A DNA stretch of 64,000 bases from a virus. Its lineage: Duplodnaviria; Caudoviricetes. The notes under the pieces are model-generated. The model was not told where the DNA came from. It did no database searches and worked only from the letters and a program-made list of their open reading frames with translations. Where the stretch lies: positions 1 to 64,000 of IMG/VR virus record IMGVR_UViG_3300011989_000007; one strand, given 5' to 3'. This document shows positions 48,396 through 58,754 of this stretch, piece by piece. Both the position numbers and the translations under genes were made by a program. Position 1 is the first letter of the stretch. Each line of letters opens with the position of its first letter.

Positions 48396-49406
48396 ATGAA
48401 TTATAAAAAAATTTACGAAGATTTAATTAATAGAGCGAAAGAAAGAAAAGATTTAGAAACTTACTTTGAAATACATCATATCATACCTAAATCAGTTGGT
48501 GGTAATAATGATGAAGATAATTTGGTTAAATTAACTTTAAGGGAACATTATTTAGCACACGAATTATTGGCTTTTATTTATCCTGAAAGTAAAGAATTAA
48601 AATATGCTTTATGGATGATGACAACTTCAACGATTGCAGCTGAAAATGAATTTAAAAATGGTGCGAAGAATATTAAAGGTAGGGTTAAACATTTTTTAGA
48701 AACTAATACTAAAAAGATTAGAATTAGTTCATATGAATACGATTTGTTTAGAAGGAAGATTTCTTCATTAAGAAGGATGAAAAGATATAGTGCTGACGAA
48801 AGAAAAAACGTTTCTGAAGGTACAAGAAAAGCAATGAAAAATCCTGATGTCATTAAAAAATGCATTAGTGGCTCTAAAGGTTGCCATTATTATCACGATA
48901 AAGTAACTCAAAAAGTCTACAAATGGTTTCCTGGTGATGGTGATATTGATTTAGATAAATACGAATGGGGCAGATGTCCTATGACCGCTGAGCAAAAGAA
49001 AAAATTATCTGACTTATCTAATATGAAGAAAAGGTATTTTATTATCCCAGAAATAAATGCCAAATACACAATGTATGAAAATTATTTAAATTGTGTGCCA
49101 AGTCATTGGGAGGAAAAATGGACTAACAAATCTAATCGTAATTTACGAAATAATTTAATATCGGCTATAAGAAAGGTGAACATATTAACATCATTTAAAT
49201 ATGAAAATGAATTAATAATAAAAGATTCTAATAAAAGTAAGAATTTTAAAATTATTTCACCCTCTATTTATGAACACTGTGCTGATTCAATGGAAGGTTG
49301 GGAAAATGAAGACGTTTCTGATAAAATTTCAAAGAGCATTATATTAAATATTGATAAAATTATTAATAGTAATAAAATTTATATAAAAGTCAAAAATTAT
49401 GATTGA
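48396..49406 (+). CDS. Free-standing HNH endonuclease (T4 Mob-like) between nrdD and nrdG
   Basis: MNYKKIYEDLI...EIHHIIPKSVGG...NLVKLTLREHYLAHELL; start set to ATG 48396. Confidence 0.85.
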   Translation: MNYKKIYEDLINRAKERKDLETYFEIHHIIPKSVGGNNDEDNLVKLTLREHYLAHELLAFIYPESKELKYALWMMTTSTIAAENEFKNGAKNIKGRVKHFLETNTKKIRISSYEYDLFRRKISSLRRMKRYSADERKNVSEGTRKAMKNPDVIKKCISGSKGCHYYHDKVTQKVYKWFPGDGDIDLDKYEWGRCPMTAEQKKKLSDLSNMKKRYFIIPEINAKYTMYENYLNCVPSHWEEKWTNKSNRNLRNNLISAIRKVNILTSFKYENELIIKDSNKSKNFKIISPSIYEHCADSMEGWENEDVSDKISKSIILNIDKIINSNKIYIKVKNYD

Positions 49407-49668
49407 TAAATTATTATTTATTTTCGATGATGAAGTTGTAAAAATTAATTTATCTAACACTGAATCGCTACACAATATTAATTTCCAAAGTGATTTAGAC
49501 AAGAAAAACTTTATGAAATGTGTTAGAGGCTATAGTGAAGGCTTGCCTCGTTTAACAGGAAATACTACTAATTTCGGCTACATCGAATGCGGTACTGAAA
49601 AGTGGCTTAACAAGCTACCTTCATTAGTTTTCGGTGAAGATTTTAATATAAAATTAATAATAGAATGA
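49399..49668 (+). CDS. Hypothetical protein
   Basis: 89-aa ORF overlapping the HNH stop. Confidence 0.6.
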   Translation: MIDKLLFIFDDEVVKINLSNTESLHNINFQSDLDKKNFMKCVRGYSEGLPRLTGNTTNFGYIECGTEKWLNKLPSLVFGEDFNIKLIIE

Positions 49669-49674
49669 TGAATT

Positions 49675-50163
49675 ATGAGATTTTGGAGTATTAGTTACCC
49701 AGACTTAAACAATGGTTTGGGTTGCAGAGTTACCCTATGGGTAGCAGGTTGTTCACACCATTGTAAAGGATGCCAAAATAGACAGACTTGGGATTTTGAA
49801 GGAGGAAGATTATTTACCAAAACTGATAAGGATAATTTATTTGAGGCTTTGAATAAGCCATATATTAAAGGAGTAACGCTTAGTGGCGGAGACCCTATGG
49901 ATAATTTTTATGAAATATTGGAGTTAGTTAAGGAAATCAAAGAGAAGTTTCCATCAAAAGATATTTGGTTATATACTGGTTATACATTAAAAGAAATTGA
50001 AGATAGCTTTAGGAATGAAATCATTCCATACATTGATTATTTAGTTGACGGACGATTTGAATTAGATAAGAGAGACATTTCTCTTAAATTTAGAGGTTCT
50101 TCAAACCAAATTATTTGGGTGAAGAATGAAGAAGGAAAATTAGTTAAAAGTGACTTAAATTAG
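49675..50163 (+). CDS. nrdG: Anaerobic RNR activating enzyme (radical SAM)
   Basis: GCSHHCKGCQN, SGGDP, WLYTGY, VDGRF, FRGSSNQ. Confidence 0.95.
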   Translation: MRFWSISYPDLNNGLGCRVTLWVAGCSHHCKGCQNRQTWDFEGGRLFTKTDKDNLFEALNKPYIKGVTLSGGDPMDNFYEILELVKEIKEKFPSKDIWLYTGYTLKEIEDSFRNEIIPYIDYLVDGRFELDKRDISLKFRGSSNQIIWVKNEEGKLVKSDLN

Positions 50164-50168
50164 TTAAT

Positions 50169-50196
50169 AAAGGTGGGCAGAAATGTCCACCTTTTT
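50169..50196 (+). terminator. Rho-independent terminator
   Basis: aaaggtgggca-gaaa-tgtccaccttttt. Confidence 0.85.
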
Positions 50197-50222
50197 CTAT
50201 TTATTGTAAAAGTATTACAAAG

Positions 50223-50546
50223 ATGAGAAAATTATTATTTGGTGCGATTTTGGCATTTTTGGCTGCTTGTGGCTCTCAAAAGCAAGTAACTGAAACAACT
50301 TATGGTATGTCGATGAAAAATGCCTTTGAAAACGTGTTCTCGAAGGCACAGTTCGATTCAATTTGTTTTGCTGATAGTTTGCCCGCTGACTTAAAAAAGT
50401 GGCAGAGAACGCAGTTTAGAGACTTTGAAACAAGAGAGGGCGAAACAATGTACCTGTTCATTAAGAGACTAGGCAATGGTGAGCAAATATATCGTCTTGA
50501 AGAGAGAGGTGATAGTTTTAAAATAACAAAGAGAGAAATTAAGTAA
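50223..50546 (+). CDS. Lipoprotein
   Basis: Signal peptide II: MRKLLFGAILAFLAA-C. Confidence 0.8.
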   Translation: MRKLLFGAILAFLAACGSQKQVTETTYGMSMKNAFENVFSKAQFDSICFADSLPADLKKWQRTQFRDFETREGETMYLFIKRLGNGEQIYRLEERGDSFKITKREIK

Positions 50547-50551
50547 TTTTT

Positions 50552-51178
50552 ATGGTGTATGGTTTTGTACCTTCAAAGTTAGATGGAACTGAGAAGAAGT
50601 TTTCTGAGGTAAAAGGTTTGGATGTACCTGAGTCATATTCTTATGTTAATTTCTTGCCACGTGTACTGAATCAAGGTGAAAGACCTATTTGTGTGCCTTG
50701 TTCAATTTCAGCGCACTTGAATTGGAATAAGAATGTTGACACTGACGGTAATAACAAAAGAGATAATGGCATAAATTTGCTTGAAATTTATAGTAGTAAA
50801 ACCACGAAAGGTGATAATGGTATGTCATTCAAGGATGCACTTAATTTTTTAAGGCATAAAGGTGTTGATTCTGATTTGGGTCTTATTAAAATTGAAAAAT
50901 ACGCTATGGTTGGCAGTGAATTGCAAATCAAGCAAGCATTGATACTTAATGGTCCACTTGTAGGAGCTTTACCTGTATACAATAGTAGTAGATATTTTTG
51001 GAGAAACGAAGGTGGTGAACAATTTCTAGGTGGTCACGCAATTTCTATCGTTGGGTACGACAAGAAAGGCTTAATCATACGTAATTCTTGGGGTAGTGCA
51101 TTTGGTGATAATGGCTACACTCATATGGATTGGAGCGAAATAAAAAAATTCTACGAGATTTGGACAATTGTAGATTGA
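50552..51178 (+). CDS. C1 (papain-like) cysteine peptidase
   Basis: NQG...CV, GGHAISIVGY, IRNSWG..FG..GY. Confidence 0.9.
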   Translation: MVYGFVPSKLDGTEKKFSEVKGLDVPESYSYVNFLPRVLNQGERPICVPCSISAHLNWNKNVDTDGNNKRDNGINLLEIYSSKTTKGDNGMSFKDALNFLRHKGVDSDLGLIKIEKYAMVGSELQIKQALILNGPLVGALPVYNSSRYFWRNEGGEQFLGGHAISIVGYDKKGLIIRNSWGSAFGDNGYTHMDWSEIKKFYEIWTIVD

Positions 51179-51185
51179 AAAATAG

Positions 51186-52518
51186 CAAGAAAACCCACAA
51201 GTTGAATACTTGTTGGATGAATTGGCTTTTTAATAGATATATTTTAAACTATATAACTAAATATTTAATTATTATATAAAAATTATATATATTATATATA
51301 AAATAATTTTTATGAGGTATAAGGCTTATAAGTACAGAATCTATCCAAACAAGGAACAGCAAGAACTGATAAACAAACATATCGGTTGCTGTCGCTATGT
51401 CTATAACCTTTGCCTCGAAAAGAAAATTAATGCCTATAAGACTTCTAAGAAAAGTCTTTCATGCTTTGACCTTATTAAACTACTTCCATCTCTAAAGAAA
51501 GAGAAAGAAACGTCATTCCTTAAAGAAGTGAACTCTCTATCACTACAAGCTGCAATTCGTAACCTTGATAGTGCATATCAGAGGTTCTTTAAGGAAAAGA
51601 AAGGATTTCCAAAGTTCAAATCAAAACGGAATACAAGGCAATCCTTTCAGATTGTGCAGAAAACTTATGTAGACTTTGAAGAAAAGAAAGTTTACATACC
51701 GAAGTTTAAAGAAGGCATTAAATGTAGATTTCACAGATTCTTTGATGGTAAGGTGAAAACCTCTACCATATCAAGAACCTCAACAGATAGGTATTACATC
51801 TCCATATTGGTGCAATTGAACGATGATAATCCCAATAAGAAGCCCATTGACGAGAACAAAGCAGTGGGTATTGACTTGGGTATCAAGACCTTTGCCACAT
51901 TGTCCAATGGAGAAGAAATACCTAATCCAAAGAATTTAAAGAATGCAATAGCCAAACTGAAAAGACTTCAGAGAAGGTTATCCAAAAAGGCTAAAGGCTC
52001 AAACAATCGTGAAAGAGCAAGACGTGTGCTTGCTTGTCAATATGAAAGAGTAACCAACAGAAGAAATGACTTTCTTGAAAAGGTCACTCATCAGTTGGTT
52101 ACAAATTATGATACAATTTGCCTTGAAACCTTGTCCCCAAGTAATATGATGAAAAATCATCATCTTGCGCAAGCTTTGTCTGACATAGCCATAGGTAGGT
52201 TCAATGAACTCATTGAACAAAAAGCCGAATGGTATGGAGTGAATATCTTGCGCATTGGTAGATTTGAGCCAAGTAGCAAGATGTGTTCTTGTGGCTATAT
52301 CTATAGGGATTTGAAGCTATCACAAAGAGTATGGACTTGTCCGAGTTGTGGTAGAAGAAATCAGCGAGACTTGCTTGCTGCAAATAACATAAAGGCCTTT
52401 GCATTCAATAAAAAAATAATACCGCAGGAACTGCGGAAATTCACGCTTGTGGAGATATGAACCCCGTTAGGGATTCAGCCCAAGAAGCCCATAAGTCTTT
52501 AGTTTGTGGGCAGTTCAC
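51186..52518 (+). mobile_element. Non-autonomous IS200/IS605 (IS1341-like) element, tnpB only
   Basis: Left end caagaaaacccacaagt...acttgttgg; right end gcccataagtctttagtttgtgggcagttcac ending TCAC; no Y1 tnpA. Confidence 0.8.
51312..52460 (+). CDS. tnpB: RNA-guided endonuclease TnpB
   Basis: KAYKYRIYP; RuvC GIDLG, CLETL and QRDLLAA; zinc finger. Confidence 0.95.
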   Translation: MRYKAYKYRIYPNKEQQELINKHIGCCRYVYNLCLEKKINAYKTSKKSLSCFDLIKLLPSLKKEKETSFLKEVNSLSLQAAIRNLDSAYQRFFKEKKGFPKFKSKRNTRQSFQIVQKTYVDFEEKKVYIPKFKEGIKCRFHRFFDGKVKTSTISRTSTDRYYISILVQLNDDNPNKKPIDENKAVGIDLGIKTFATLSNGEEIPNPKNLKNAIAKLKRLQRRLSKKAKGSNNRERARRVLACQYERVTNRRNDFLEKVTHQLVTNYDTICLETLSPSNMMKNHHLAQALSDIAIGRFNELIEQKAEWYGVNILRIGRFEPSSKMCSCGYIYRDLKLSQRVWTCPSCGRRNQRDLLAANNIKAFAFNKKIIPQELRKFTLVEI

Positions 52519-52537
52519 AGTTAATTATAATATTACT

Positions 52538-52927
52538 ATGGCTAAAATTCAGTATTTTGGTATTAAATACCCGTTTACAACAAAAGAGTTTCAGAACTTT
52601 TTCCTTGATGTCAATGATGATGAAAAAGATAAAGTAAGAAGTCAGATTATGCATGTGATTTTTACCCCTAAGGGTCAGAGACTTAGAGAACCTGAGTTTG
52701 GAACTGATTTAATCAGATATATTTTTGAACCTAATGACGATATTACTTGGACAGGATTGAAAAATGAAATTACTGATGCAGTTCAAACGTATGTTAATAA
52801 CGTTACTTTAAATGACATTCAAGTAGCAAAGAGTGAAGATAATGAAGGTGCGGTTTACGTTAGAATAGATTACTCAGTTAAACAAGGAAATAAAGTAACT
52901 AAAGATAGTATTGTAACTGAAATATAA
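52538..52927 (+). CDS. Baseplate wedge subunit gp25-like
   Basis: GIKYPF...FTPKGQRLREPEFGTDL..YIFEP; start set to ATG 52538 because the upstream part of the listed ORF is IS right end. Confidence 0.9.
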   Translation: MAKIQYFGIKYPFTTKEFQNFFLDVNDDEKDKVRSQIMHVIFTPKGQRLREPEFGTDLIRYIFEPNDDITWTGLKNEITDAVQTYVNNVTLNDIQVAKSEDNEGAVYVRIDYSVKQGNKVTKDSIVTEI

Positions 52928-52988
52928 TGGCAATTAGTAAATAACAAGATAAAAAAAAAAGAAGCTATTAAACAAGAAAATAGTAATT

Positions 52989-55010
52989 ATGAGCCAAAAG
53001 AAAATTAATTATTTAGCAAGAACGTTTAGTGATTATAGGGCTGAGCTTATTAATTTCAGTAACAAGTATTATCCTGAATTAGCAGATGATTTCAATGATA
53101 GTTCAGTAGGTGCTTGGTTTATTGATTTGGTATCGTCAGTTTCTGATAACTTATCTTATCATATTGATAGAATGTATCAAGAAACTAACCCAAATACCGC
53201 TATGCTTAAGAGTTCAGTGCTCAATTCAGCACGTTCTAATGGTTTTAAAGTACCAGGTGCTAAAGCAAGTATGTGTGAGGTTAAACTTAGTTGTAATTTA
53301 CCTGTAGACCCTAAGGATATTTCTTCACCTGATTGGGATTATGCACCAATTTTGAGGCGAACATCTACTGTAGCAGCAGGAAATTATAATTTTCACTTAA
53401 CTGAAGATGTAGATTTTGCTGAGCAATTTAACTCAGAAGCCTTTTCTAATAGAACTTTTACTCCTAATAGGAATTCAAATGGGTCTATTACAAGCTATAC
53501 TGTATCTAAGACAACTATCGTTATAAATGGTACGACACGAGTATTCAAGAAGGTTTTAACAAGTACTGACGTTAAGCCTTTTATGGAAATTGTGCTACCT
53601 GATACAAACGTAATGAACGTTGAGTCAATTATTTTCAAAGAGTCTGCTGATTTCTCACAAGACCCTGACATTCAAGAGTACTATTATGATGAAGAGCAGT
53701 ATAAAACTGATGAAAATGCGGCTATGACGTATAGATATTTTGAAGTTAATTCATTGGCTGACCAATGGAGGTTTGGTTCTGAGTCTAACTTTGACAAAAA
53801 TGTCATTAGAGACACCTTCAATCCTGAGGTTTATGAAGATTATACTGAAACAGAAACATTTGGTGATACAAGTTCTTCAAGGACATCAAGGTACTATAAG
53901 GGTAAGTGGAAGCCAATAACTCAGAAATTCATTACTGAATATACTGATAATGGCTATATGAAAGTGATTTTCGGAAGTGGTGTTGATTATATGGAAGTTC
54001 CTACTGGCAGTACTAAGTATGGTGAGTATAGGGCAAGTAAAATCATTAATAATGATATGTTAGGTGTTCTTCCTAAACAAGGTTGGACTATGTACATTCT
54101 TTATGAAGTAGGAGGTGGCGCTGAAACTAACTTAGGTGCAGGTGCTATCAATTCAATTTCTCTTATGAATGCGCAATTCCATAGTGATGGTACTGAATTG
54201 CTTTCAAGAATGAAAGGCCAAGTATTAAATTCAATGTCAGTAACTAATGTTACGCCTTCAGTTGCAGGTAAAGATGCCCCTTCAGTTGATGAAATCAAAT
54301 ATTTGGCAAAATATAACGCCTCATCACAAGAAAGATGTGTCACATTGAAGGATTATAAGACGAGGCTTATGATGATGCCTCCTAAATATGGTGCTCCTTA
54401 CAGATCAGCAGTTATCGAGGACAATAACAAGATTTCAATGAGTCTTTTGGGTTTGAATAGCTTAGGAAAGCTTGATAAATCATTACCTGAAGCCCTTGTG
54501 AATAACATTTTGGAATATATGTCACATTATAGATCTATTAATGACTATATTGAGGTTAAGAGCGGAAGGATTTATAACGTTGGCTTCTCAGTTGACGTAT
54601 TCATTGACAAGTCATATAATAGTGCTAACGTAGTAAGCAACATTATTAACAAGATTAAGGACTATATGGACGTTGAAAAACACGATATGGGAGAAGATAT
54701 ATTCATTGGTGATTTGGAGAAGGAAATCACGCTTATTGATGGTGTTTTAAGCCTTATTTCGTTGAGAGTTTATAATATCTATAGTCAGAACTCAGGTAAC
54801 TATAGTACTGATAAAGCACCTTATCCAATGTTAAATGAGCAGACTGATTGTAAAACAACAAATCTTCCTGTTTTTAACGTTTCAGACGGTTCTCAGTCAT
54901 ATCCAATTGACTTGGATGCCATTGATAGGGTATTGTATAGTGATTATAACTCAATGTTTGAGATTTTGAATCCAACAAATGACATACAAATAAGAGTAAA
55001 ACTTAAGTAA
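52989..55010 (+). CDS. Baseplate wedge protein (T4 gp6 / P2 J-like)
   Basis: DFNDSSVG...LSYHID..., VIFGSG, GGGAETN, QERCVTLKDY. Confidence 0.9.
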   Translation: MSQKKINYLARTFSDYRAELINFSNKYYPELADDFNDSSVGAWFIDLVSSVSDNLSYHIDRMYQETNPNTAMLKSSVLNSARSNGFKVPGAKASMCEVKLSCNLPVDPKDISSPDWDYAPILRRTSTVAAGNYNFHLTEDVDFAEQFNSEAFSNRTFTPNRNSNGSITSYTVSKTTIVINGTTRVFKKVLTSTDVKPFMEIVLPDTNVMNVESIIFKESADFSQDPDIQEYYYDEEQYKTDENAAMTYRYFEVNSLADQWRFGSESNFDKNVIRDTFNPEVYEDYTETETFGDTSSSRTSRYYKGKWKPITQKFITEYTDNGYMKVIFGSGVDYMEVPTGSTKYGEYRASKIINNDMLGVLPKQGWTMYILYEVGGGAETNLGAGAINSISLMNAQFHSDGTELLSRMKGQVLNSMSVTNVTPSVAGKDAPSVDEIKYLAKYNASSQERCVTLKDYKTRLMMMPPKYGAPYRSAVIEDNNKISMSLLGLNSLGKLDKSLPEALVNNILEYMSHYRSINDYIEVKSGRIYNVGFSVDVFIDKSYNSANVVSNIINKIKDYMDVEKHDMGEDIFIGDLEKEITLIDGVLSLISLRVYNIYSQNSGNYSTDKAPYPMLNEQTDCKTTNLPVFNVSDGSQSYPIDLDAIDRVLYSDYNSMFEILNPTNDIQIRVKLK

Positions 55011-55210
55011 TGAGTTGCAACTGTAAAAGGGTTAAAAATTTTGACGAATTACGTCAAGAATTAGAAAAAAATGTGAAAGTAATAAGAGTAAGTAGGTTGA
55101 TGAAATGTGCAATATTTCTAAAATACTTACTCTTTACTTTTAAAAATGTTATGACATTTGGTTATAACTTATTTCGTTATGATGATTTAAAAGAATGGAC
55201 AGGAATTTAA
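55010..55210 (+). CDS. Small hypothetical protein
   Basis: MSCNCK start; TAATG coupling to gp6. Confidence 0.55.
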   Translation: MSCNCKRVKNFDELRQELEKNVKVIRVSRLMKCAIFLKYLLFTFKNVMTFGYNLFRYDDLKEWTGI

Positions 55211-58200
55211 GAATTAAGGCAAATGTAGGTAAAGACCAAATTTTGCATGTTAATATGAAGCAAGATGTTGACCTTTTTGAGATTTTGTCACTGACTTTAT
55301 CTCAGCAGGATGCTTATAAAATTCAAACATCAAATTATGGAGTTATTGTTGGTCGTGTATTGGCTAATGATGCTTTCGGTGTGCCCAATGCAAAGGTGTC
55401 AGTATTCATTCCTTTAACCGATGAAGATGCCCTTGATAATAATATTAAAAATCTTTATCCATATACTTCCACTACAAGTTTGAATAGTGATGGCAAAAGG
55501 TATAATTTATTACCTACATACTCTAATGATGATTGCTATGTTAAAGTAGGCACGTTCCCTTCAAAGAGAGAAGTTCTTGATAACGATACTGTCTTAGAGA
55601 TTTATGACAAATATTACAAATACACTGCCACAACCAATAAGGCAGGTGATTATATGATTTTTAGTGTACCAACAGGTAATTGCCAAGTTCATGTAGACGT
55701 AGACTTGTCAGACATTGGTATTCTATCGCAAAAGCCAAGAGATTTCGTTTATAAGGGTTATAATATTAATCAGTTTGAGAGTCCTACCAAATTTAAAGAT
55801 AGCAGTAATCTTGATACTTTGGCTCAAATTTATAGCCAAGATGAATCAGTTAATGTTTACCCGTTTTGGGGTGACGAAAACGCAGGAGAGGCTGCTATTA
55901 CACGAAAGGACATCAATCTACAATACGAGTTTAACACTACTTGTGTGTTCTTAGGTAGTGCGGTTACTGATAGTAAAAACAATAGTATCTCTCATGAATG
56001 TGATGTTGAAGTCGAGGCTGGTGAAATGTCACAATTAATTACAGGTGAAGGTACTATCGAAATGATACGTAAAACACCTTATGGAAATGTTGAGGAGTTT
56101 TCAATACAAGGAAATCAGTTAATTGATTCAGATGGCGTATGGTGCTACCAAATACCAATGAACCTTGACTATGTTGGCATGGATGAATATGGAAATGTTG
56201 TACCAACCAATGACCCTACTAAGGGAATCCCAACAAGAGCAAGAGTCAGATTCAGAATATCTTTAAATGAAAGTGGTACTGATACTTTGACAAGACATAA
56301 GGCTAAATACCTTGTGCCTAATAACCCGTTTATTGAACCTGCTAATACTACTGCTAAAACTACTAATGATATTGTTAGAAGACCTGTCTTGACTGAAGAG
56401 GCTAAGATTGATTATGAGAATTTTTATACTTTTGGCAGTGCTACACCTGAAAGTTGTTTTAGAGATTTGTTATGGAATAATGTTTATACTGTAAAAAGTT
56501 ATATACCACGTATTCAGAAAACAAAAAATACTTTAACTGATTATTATAGTGCAATTAAAGGTGTAAACAAACGAGATGCCAGTGATAAAAACACATTTCC
56601 TTTCAATAAGCTTAAACTAAAGTTTAACACAAGAACGTCTCAATTATTAAGATACCTAAATGATAACTTCAAAGGAAACACTAAGAGTATTCCTGATTTA
56701 GCTTTTTGGTATACCATTAGAAATAGGACTGAATACCTTAATTTGGATTCAGCCATAGAAAGTGTGATTGATGAGAATGACGGTATATCATTAGATTTCT
56801 ATAATGATTGGGTTAATGGCGTTTTATATTTCCCTTTATGGTTTTGGAGAGTAAGGAAAAAGACAAAGTATAAAAATGGTGAAATTCTATATGAAAGTAA
56901 ATTTTGTAATGCTAGTGAAGAACAATCATCATTATATAACTCCTCAACTTGTGATTTGCCTTATAAAATAGATGAAAGTGGTTCTTCATCTCATAGAATT
57001 ACATTAGATTTAAGTGAAAGTGATTATCAGAAAAAACCAGAATGGAAAAGTTTATGGGAGTATTTATTTCAATCAATAGCTGGTTCAATGGGTATTTCGT
57101 TGCATAAACATGAAGGCTTTGATAGAAAACTTGAATCCATTAAAATTCCTTACGGACTTATAATGGAAAAAGAAAACAAAGGCCACGCTAAAATTTACTA
57201 TTATTCACATTCGCAAGATTATAGCGTTAAAACTGGTAAAAAAGATGATGAAGGTAAAGATATATATGATGAAATATTCGTAAGGCTTTATTCTACTGAC
57301 ATTGTTTTATTGGGAAGTTTAAGCGATAACGACATCAATGGCATACCTCAGATTAAAGATTTTTACCCAATTACAAGCGCAAATGTACCACCAGTTGGAA
57401 CTTACAAAGAGGTTACTGATGAATCAACGAGAATTTCTAAAGAAGAAAATGCATATGATGGTATAACTGGTATGCACTGGGGTTCTGACTTAAAGAGAGT
57501 AACCAATGCTGATGAAAATGGCTTTATACTAAGCAAAGGCTTACTGTTTGGTACAATGCCCATTAGCTCGTGGTATACAACATACACTTTACCTAAGAGT
57601 TGCATAAATGTAGAACGACTTTGTGAACTTGGTGTGTCACTTGATATGAGTACTACTAAAGGACTTAACAACGTTAAATTGAATAATTTCGGTACAAATG
57701 ATGGTTTGATTACTAAAAGAGAGATAGAAGACGAATATAGCAGACAACTATTTTCTACCTTGAATCAAAAGCCTTTAATTGTTTCTAAAAGAAATCCTAA
57801 TTCGTTTACAGGATATTATAACTACCCTATACAATATACTTGCCCTACTGATTTTGATGGAAAGATGGCAGGCTTTATTAACAACTTTACAAACGGTTAT
57901 AGCTTTGATGATGAAAGCGTGGAGTATGAGTCGTTTAGATTCGGTGACTATGGTAAATATGTTTTTTATAAAAAAGAAGAAGGGGATAATTCATATTCAT
58001 ACCCTGTTTATAACAATTCTTATTACTTTTATTTCGGCTTAAATGCAGGAAATACTGCTATTGAAAAATTCAAAAAACAGTTCTATTCTGACTGTACTGA
58101 GGCTGAAGAGTTGCCATTTGATGTTTCAATTAAATTGGTTAAAAGTCCAACTTTATGCAGCCCTAATGTAGGCGAAATTTCATTTGAAAGCAATAGTTTG

Positions 58201-58752
58201 AGTGGCAAGTGCTATGCTTATGAAATTACTGACGTTAATAATGTAATTATTTCATCAGGAATGAATGAAAATGCAACTGGATTAGCTGTGGGTAGTTATA
58301 AAGTTAGCATTAGTGGTTTTACTTCTTGTGACGATAAATCAGATGATTATTTAGGTAAAATATCATACGATATTGAAATAAATTACCAAACTCCTATGCT
58401 TTCATTGGGTGTGAACGTGAAGCAACCAACAGTGTCAGGAGGAACAGGTTCCTGCGAGATTAGCAATATCACAATGTATGGTGTCACTTACAGTATTCCT
58501 AAGAAATCAAGTGATAACGTTAAAGATGACGATAAAGATGGTAACATTGTAATAGGTTATTATAATTTTGACGAGTTTGCAATAAAATATTGGTTAACCG
58601 ATTCTAACAATGATTATGTTCCTATATATAAGTACAATAGCTTAGACGAAGGTGAGTATAAACTTTCTGCACAAGAATTATGCGGTGAGAAAGGTGTTGG
58701 CGATACTAAAGAAAAAACTATTATCATTGAGTATCCAAAAAAAGAAAACTGA
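55195..58752 (+). CDS. Large baseplate/tail-associated structural protein
   Basis: 1185 aa after gp6; N-terminal GVIVGRV...GVPNAKVSVF...TNKAGDYMI beta-sandwich; beta-rich C-terminus. Confidence 0.65.
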   Translation: MDRNLRIKANVGKDQILHVNMKQDVDLFEILSLTLSQQDAYKIQTSNYGVIVGRVLANDAFGVPNAKVSVFIPLTDEDALDNNIKNLYPYTSTTSLNSDGKRYNLLPTYSNDDCYVKVGTFPSKREVLDNDTVLEIYDKYYKYTATTNKAGDYMIFSVPTGNCQVHVDVDLSDIGILSQKPRDFVYKGYNINQFESPTKFKDSSNLDTLAQIYSQDESVNVYPFWGDENAGEAAITRKDINLQYEFNTTCVFLGSAVTDSKNNSISHECDVEVEAGEMSQLITGEGTIEMIRKTPYGNVEEFSIQGNQLIDSDGVWCYQIPMNLDYVGMDEYGNVVPTNDPTKGIPTRARVRFRISLNESGTDTLTRHKAKYLVPNNPFIEPANTTAKTTNDIVRRPVLTEEAKIDYENFYTFGSATPESCFRDLLWNNVYTVKSYIPRIQKTKNTLTDYYSAIKGVNKRDASDKNTFPFNKLKLKFNTRTSQLLRYLNDNFKGNTKSIPDLAFWYTIRNRTEYLNLDSAIESVIDENDGISLDFYNDWVNGVLYFPLWFWRVRKKTKYKNGEILYESKFCNASEEQSSLYNSSTCDLPYKIDESGSSSHRITLDLSESDYQKKPEWKSLWEYLFQSIAGSMGISLHKHEGFDRKLESIKIPYGLIMEKENKGHAKIYYYSHSQDYSVKTGKKDDEGKDIYDEIFVRLYSTDIVLLGSLSDNDINGIPQIKDFYPITSANVPPVGTYKEVTDESTRISKEENAYDGITGMHWGSDLKRVTNADENGFILSKGLLFGTMPISSWYTTYTLPKSCINVERLCELGVSLDMSTTKGLNNVKLNNFGTNDGLITKREIEDEYSRQLFSTLNQKPLIVSKRNPNSFTGYYNYPIQYTCPTDFDGKMAGFINNFTNGYSFDDESVEYESFRFGDYGKYVFYKKEEGDNSYSYPVYNNSYYFYFGLNAGNTAIEKFKKQFYSDCTEAEELPFDVSIKLVKSPTLCSPNVGEISFESNSLSGKCYAYEITDVNNVIISSGMNENATGLAVGSYKVSISGFTSCDDKSDDYLGKISYDIEINYQTPMLSLGVNVKQPTVSGGTGSCEISNITMYGVTYSIPKKSSDNVKDDDKDGNIVIGYYNFDEFAIKYWLTDSNNDYVPIYKYNSLDEGEYKLSAQELCGEKGVGDTKEKTIIIEYPKKEN

Positions 58753-58754
58753 AG

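Noticed and set aside
52457-52537. N-terminal extension of gp25 in the ORF track
   Set aside because: It is the IS right end/omegaRNA read in frame; ATG 52538 is the likely start.
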